From positions 1,236,251 to 1,300,250 of the forward strand of contig OY762943.1 in the NCBI GenBank assembly GCA_963667145.1: DNA of 64,000 nt, read 5' to 3'. Made by a program: the position numbers and the translations under genes. The DNA comes from Candidatus Cloacimonadota bacterium (GTDB lineage Bacteria; Cloacimonadota; Cloacimonadia; G963667145). The notes below the pieces were generated by a model that was given only the letters and a program-made list of their open reading frames with translations, searched no databases and was not told the origin of the DNA. This document shows positions 60,036 through 64,000 of the stretch, one piece after another; positions within the stretch are counted from its first letter, which is position 1; each line of letters starts with the position of its first letter.

Positions 60036-61924
60036 TGAGAAATGTTAAAAGATTGTATAAGATAGCTTTAAGGCACTGGCCGTTTTTGGCTTTTGGCTTT
60101 GTTTTCATGGTGGGCTATTCACTCTTTTCCGCTGTCTCCATCACTTTTGTGAAGCCTGTCTTGGATTTCATCTTTGTGCGTGAACCTGGCTCTATGAGCA
60201 ACATCACCGACTTGAAATCTTTTTGGCACGGAGTTGGAGTTTGCATGGATTCTCTCCCGTCATGGTCACAGCTTTTTGTTGGGGAAGATGTTTTTACGCC
60301 TTTTTTGGAGGCTCTAAAAGGGTTGTTGCTTAGCACGGAACCTTTTTTGCTCTTGATGATTGTCGGCTCTTTTGCGGTTACAGCTATCCTTGTTAAAAAC
60401 CTCTTTTTCTATGGAGACAAAATTTGCTTTGGCAAACTGAAATATCTGACTATCAAAGATGTTCGGGACAAGATGTTCGACAGCTATATGAGGCAGTCGC
60501 TGTTGTTTTTCTCCAAGAACAAGGTTGGCGATTCCATGGTGCGAATGGTAAACGATGTGGATATTATCAGCGTGTTGTATATCACGTCGTTGATGGAGAT
60601 TATCCGCAATAGCCTGATAGTGCTATCTTTTCTGATTTTGGCATTGAGCATGAACGCCAAACTGTTTTTGATTAGCATTGTTGTTTTGCCACTTTTCCCG
60701 TTGCTTATCGGGATGATTGGTAAAAAAATCAAAAAATATTCCCAAAAAATTCAAGCGAAGTTTTCCGACCTTTTTTCTCATGTTGAGGAGTCTTTGGCGA
60801 ATGTTTGGATAGTGAAAGCTTTTTGCAAAGAGGCGGAAGAGCGAAGAAAATTTAGCGATATTAACTCTACGCATTTACGCTACGAATTGAAAGCTCTGAT
60901 GTACAGCACCATCAACACTCCACTATCTGAGGTCAATTCCATTTTGACCATCGTGATAATCTTGCTTTTGGGCGGAGCGAGTGTTTTAGCAGGAACCAGT
61001 GATTTTACCTTTGGCGATTTTATGGTTTTCTTGGCTGCTGTGGCTTCGATGCTCCATCCGATGAAGGTGATAAGCAAGTGCTACGCCGAGCTGAAAAAAG
61101 CCAACGTTTCGTTAGATAGAGTTTCCAAGATTTTGGATTTGGAGACTGGTGTTATCGAGAAAAAAGATGCCTCAACGGTTAAAGATTTTGAAGAAAAAAT
61201 CGAGTTCAGAAATCTGTCTTTTGCTTATTCAGAGGGTGGCGAAAAAGTTTTGAAAGAGATCAATTTGGAAGTGCTAAAAGGCGAAACTGTGGCTTTTGTG
61301 GGAGCTTCTGGTAGTGGGAAAACCACGTTGGTAAACTTGCTTCCCAGATTTTACGACTATTCTCAGGGCGAGATTTTGATTGACGGAGTTTGCTCCCGAG
61401 AGTTCACGCTTCGTTCGTTGCGGTCTCTTTTCGGGATAGTTACGCAAAATTCCATCCTTTTCTCGGACACAATTTTTAATAATATCGCTTATGGACATCG
61501 CGGAGTTGCTGACGAGAAAGCGGTTGTGAACGCTGCCAAAACAGCTTTTGCTGATGAATTTATAGAGAAATTGCCCAACGGTTATCAGCAAGTTTTGACT
61601 TCCAAGGGTGCAAATCTTTCGGGCGGACAAAAGCAACGGATTTGCATTGCACGGGCTGTGGTTTCCGATCCTCCGATTTTGATTTTTGATGAGGCGACGT
61701 CGGCTTTGGACACGATTGCGGAAAAAAATGTGCAGACTGCCATTGACAGAGTTACCGCAGATCGTACGGTTTTTGTGATAGCTCACAGGCTGTCCACTGT
61801 GATTTCCGCAGACAAAATAGTGGTGATGGATAGTGGCGAAATTGTCGGCATTGGCAAGCACGATAACTTGCTGAAAAATTGCCCGCAGTACCAAAACTTG
61901 TACAATCTTCAGCTGAATAAATGA
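60035..61924 (+). CDS. ABC transporter permease/ATP-binding fusion (MsbA-like type I exporter)
   Basis: 629 aa. N-terminal six-TM ABC_membrane domain. The C-terminal NBD has GASGSGKTT, LSGGQKQRICIARAV and ILIFDEATSALD. Confidence 0.9.
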   Translation: MRNVKRLYKIALRHWPFLAFGFVFMVGYSLFSAVSITFVKPVLDFIFVREPGSMSNITDLKSFWHGVGVCMDSLPSWSQLFVGEDVFTPFLEALKGLLLSTEPFLLLMIVGSFAVTAILVKNLFFYGDKICFGKLKYLTIKDVRDKMFDSYMRQSLLFFSKNKVGDSMVRMVNDVDIISVLYITSLMEIIRNSLIVLSFLILALSMNAKLFLISIVVLPLFPLLIGMIGKKIKKYSQKIQAKFSDLFSHVEESLANVWIVKAFCKEAEERRKFSDINSTHLRYELKALMYSTINTPLSEVNSILTIVIILLLGGASVLAGTSDFTFGDFMVFLAAVASMLHPMKVISKCYAELKKANVSLDRVSKILDLETGVIEKKDASTVKDFEEKIEFRNLSFAYSEGGEKVLKEINLEVLKGETVAFVGASGSGKTTLVNLLPRFYDYSQGEILIDGVCSREFTLRSLRSLFGIVTQNSILFSDTIFNNIAYGHRGVADEKAVVNAAKTAFADEFIEKLPNGYQQVLTSKGANLSGGQKQRICIARAVVSDPPILIFDEATSALDTIAEKNVQTAIDRVTADRTVFVIAHRLSTVISADKIVVMDSGEIVGIGKHDNLLKNCPQYQNLYNLQLNK

Positions 61925-62208
61925 GCCAAGTGAACAAATCTTTTTGCTATTTCGTGAGTGGCAGAGTGCATGGCGTCGGCTACAGGAAGTTTGTGTATAA
62001 AAGGGCTCTCGGCTTGAGACTGTGCGGATATGTGAGGAATTTGACGGATGGCAGAGTGGAAGTTGTGGTTAGCTTTCATACGGACGAGCAACAAAAAATT
62101 TTTGAAAATGATTTGCGTAAAGGACCGATTTTTGCCAGAGTGGATGATGTGAAAAGGGTAGAGATAAGTAATTATGACAAAAATAATTTTGAAATTTTGT
62201 TTAGTTAG
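61921..62208 (+). CDS. acyP: Acylphosphatase
   Basis: VSGRVHGVGYRKFV...GYVRNLTDGRVEVVV matches the acylphosphatase signatures. Confidence 0.85.
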   Translation: MSQVNKSFCYFVSGRVHGVGYRKFVYKRALGLRLCGYVRNLTDGRVEVVVSFHTDEQQKIFENDLRKGPIFARVDDVKRVEISNYDKNNFEILFS

Positions 62209-63283
62209 CCTTTTGGTGGTCGCGTGTTCGCCTACTGTTAGATATAACTCCAATCCCGAGGCACTGAAATCTTCCACCAAAAAGAGTCAAGGCATCACAT
62301 CGCTCAATCAGGCGTATAGCAATCCCCAGTATGTCACGAAATCCGATGAGTACCACATCGTTCAGCGTGGGGAGAACCTTTACCAAATAAGCAAATCTTG
62401 TGGCATTTCCGTGAACGACCTGAAACTTTATAACAATTTGGACGACGACGAGATTTTCATTGGGCAAAAAATTTATTTCACGCCAGTTGCCCGTTTTTAT
62501 TCAAAATACATCACTCGCAGGGATATTCCCGCCACGAAATATCACACAGTGGCAAATGGGGAGACTCTGGCGGACATCTCTCAGATGTACGGGATTTTCG
62601 TGTTGAATTTGGTTGCTTATAACGAACTGGAAAGCACACAGGTGGAGATAGGGCAGAAGGTTTGGCTCGTTGCAGGCAAGGTGGAGAAGAAGTCCGAGAT
62701 TTCCAAGAAAAAGGTAACTTACACCACTCCCAAGAGGAAATCCATCAAGACGTTGGCACCCGCCACTACTGCAAATAGCGTGCGGACGAAAGTTACCACT
62801 GGAGTAGGCGGAGGCACGATAATCGCGGCGAAATCTGTAGTGCCAAAAGTCGTTCCCACTGTGAGCAGAGTTTCCACCAAAACGATTTCCCAAGCCAAAC
62901 CACAGCACTCCAAGTTGAGCTTGCCTCTGGAAGGCGGAAGAGTTATCTCCAATTTTGGTACTCACGGCGTTGTTGTGAACAAAGGCATCGATATTGCAGG
63001 AAAGGACGGTCAGCCAGTGAACGCAGTTTTGCCGGGGAAAGTGATTTTCGCTGGAGAACAGCGAGGCTATGGCAATGTGATAGTATTGGAACACGAGAAA
63101 TTCGTGATGACTGTGTATGCACACAACAAGGCGAATTTGGTGCGAAGTGGGGACAAAGTAACTGCAGGACAACCGATAGCTAAACTCGGTCAGACAGGTC
63201 GTGTGGACACTCCGCAACTGCATTTTGAATATCGAGTAAAGGGGAAAGCCGTTGACCCACGGAAAGTGTTAGTAGGGCTTTAG
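62174..63283 (+). CDS. LysM-domain M23-family metallopeptidase lipoprotein (NlpD-like)
   Basis: Lipobox LLVVACS. Two LysM-like modules (YHIVQRGENLYQISKSCGISVNDLKLYN; YHTVANGETLADISQMYGI). The C-terminal M23 region (HGVVVNKGIDIAG...GYGNVIVLEHEKFVMTVYAHN...GQTGRVDTPQLHFE) follows. It overlaps acyP by 35 bp. Confidence 0.85.
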   Translation: MTKIILKFCLVSLLVVACSPTVRYNSNPEALKSSTKKSQGITSLNQAYSNPQYVTKSDEYHIVQRGENLYQISKSCGISVNDLKLYNNLDDDEIFIGQKIYFTPVARFYSKYITRRDIPATKYHTVANGETLADISQMYGIFVLNLVAYNELESTQVEIGQKVWLVAGKVEKKSEISKKKVTYTTPKRKSIKTLAPATTANSVRTKVTTGVGGGTIIAAKSVVPKVVPTVSRVSTKTISQAKPQHSKLSLPLEGGRVISNFGTHGVVVNKGIDIAGKDGQPVNAVLPGKVIFAGEQRGYGNVIVLEHEKFVMTVYAHNKANLVRSGDKVTAGQPIAKLGQTGRVDTPQLHFEYRVKGKAVDPRKVLVGL

Positions 63284-63500
63284 GAAATGCTTGAACTGAT
63301 ATTCATTATTCTTTAAGATTTTTTAGTGGAAGACTAAAAATGAGATTTGGTTGGGGATGTTGTTGTAACGTTGAGTATATGTAATGTAAGCGATTGCGGG
63401 CTTCAAACTTATCAAACCGTGAAAATTTAAAGCGGGCTACAGCCCTGAATTTACTACCATCTCGCCCATTTTGTATATACAGTGTTGGCAATAGTTATTA

Positions 63501-63995
63501 CTAGAAGTTGAAGCCTGAATATAATGTCCAATCAAACTTAGAATCACGCTTCATTACTTCATCAACAATTTCTTTATTAGTCGTTCTAGCCAAACGTCTA
63601 TCATTTATTTGACCATTCCCAATAACTCCTTCCACAATTTCTGTTAATTCAATTAAATTGAAACCACCTAAATAAGGTTCTATTAATTTATCAAACCTTG
63701 CATCAGCTTGGTCAAAGTTCGAACTTTTTATAAACATCCTTATTAATAATGCGTTCGATTCTGAGTTTAAACCTTGACTTAAACAAATATGATTTAATTC
63801 AAGAATGCTTTTAATGCTTATAGAACCATTAAATTCATAATGGTTTATTGCTTTTAAATCTTTTAAATGGCTTGCAAGATTATCCTTAAGGAAAAATGCT
63901 GTGAAAGTGTAATTGTTGTCATTCTCTATAGTTTTCTTTATTAACGTTTTTGCACTACTATTCAGTTTTAAGTAGATATCTGGATAGACATTCAT
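63501..63995 (-). CDS. Hypothetical protein (164 aa), AT-rich
   Basis: A clean ORF with no recognisable motifs. Its composition is more AT-rich than the adjacent housekeeping genes. Confidence 0.35.
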   Translation of the reverse strand: MNVYPDIYLKLNSSAKTLIKKTIENDNNYTFTAFFLKDNLASHLKDLKAINHYEFNGSISIKSILELNHICLSQGLNSESNALLIRMFIKSSNFDQADARFDKLIEPYLGGFNLIELTEIVEGVIGNGQINDRRLARTTNKEIVDEVMKRDSKFDWTLYSGFNF

Positions 63996-64000
63996 AAATG

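Noticed and set aside
62501-63223. 240-aa - strand ORF antisense to the LysM/M23 peptidase gene
   Set aside because: There is no start context. The sense frame carries LysM and M23 motifs.
63284-63500. Possible tRNA/tmRNA or attachment site in the non-coding stretch before the terminal hypothetical gene
   Set aside because: I could not fold a cloverleaf. There is no GTTCGAnTC T-loop and no CCA context, and no direct repeat pair is evident.

Overview
This ~64 kb window appears to come from a diderm (Gram-negative-type) bacterium: it encodes outer-membrane beta-barrels, a LolA-like protein, many lipoproteins and an Omp85/POTRA protein. Overall GC is about 40% and coding density is high.

Main content, left to right:
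1. A partial TetR-regulated ABC exporter.
2. A modABC-like molybdate/tungstate importer on the minus strand.
3. A roughly 1 kb tandemly duplicated non-coding element.
4. A 1672-aa GLUG-repeat surface protein.
5. An O-methyltransferase.
6. A complete nucleoside-salvage operon: dual-NBD ABC ATPase, two permeases, lipoprotein 5'-nucleotidase and a BMP/PnrA binding protein.
7. A GT2 glycosyltransferase.
8. A complete Type I-B CRISPR-Cas locus (cas6-cas8b-cas7-cas5-cas3-cas4-cas1-cas2). It is followed by a very large array of about 100 repeats of a 30-bp repeat ending ...ATTGAAAC. The array is split in two by an IS481-like insertion sequence that landed inside a repeat, giving a 15-bp target duplication derived from the repeat. 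The array trailer carries a decayed IS256-family transposase fragment plus an orphan repeat. The array also contains several block duplications of spacers.
9. A ~14.5 kb co-directional minus-strand gene train: membrane protein, PadR, 2TM protein, MacB/LolD-like ABC ATPase, secreted protein, FtsX/MacB-like permease, LolA-like protein, putative OM beta-barrel, TPR protein, POTRA/Omp85-like protein, and a 2221-aa lipoprotein. The lipoprotein is built from about 17 Ig-like/Cna-B-like domains plus C-terminal DUF285-type 26-aa repeats. I read this train as a putative dedicated envelope-spanning export/assembly system for the giant surface lipoprotein.
10. A caspase-family (C14) lipoprotein with a DUF4384-like partner.
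11. A YgfK-like 1011-aa Fe-S flavoprotein, a class II aldolase, an MtaD-family deaminase and SurE (nucleoside/purine salvage).
12. An MsbA-like exporter, an acylphosphatase and a LysM/M23 peptidase.

The cas6-cas3 effector module is markedly more AT-rich than both the cas4-cas1-cas2 adaptation module and the flanking genes. This suggests module exchange or recent acquisition.
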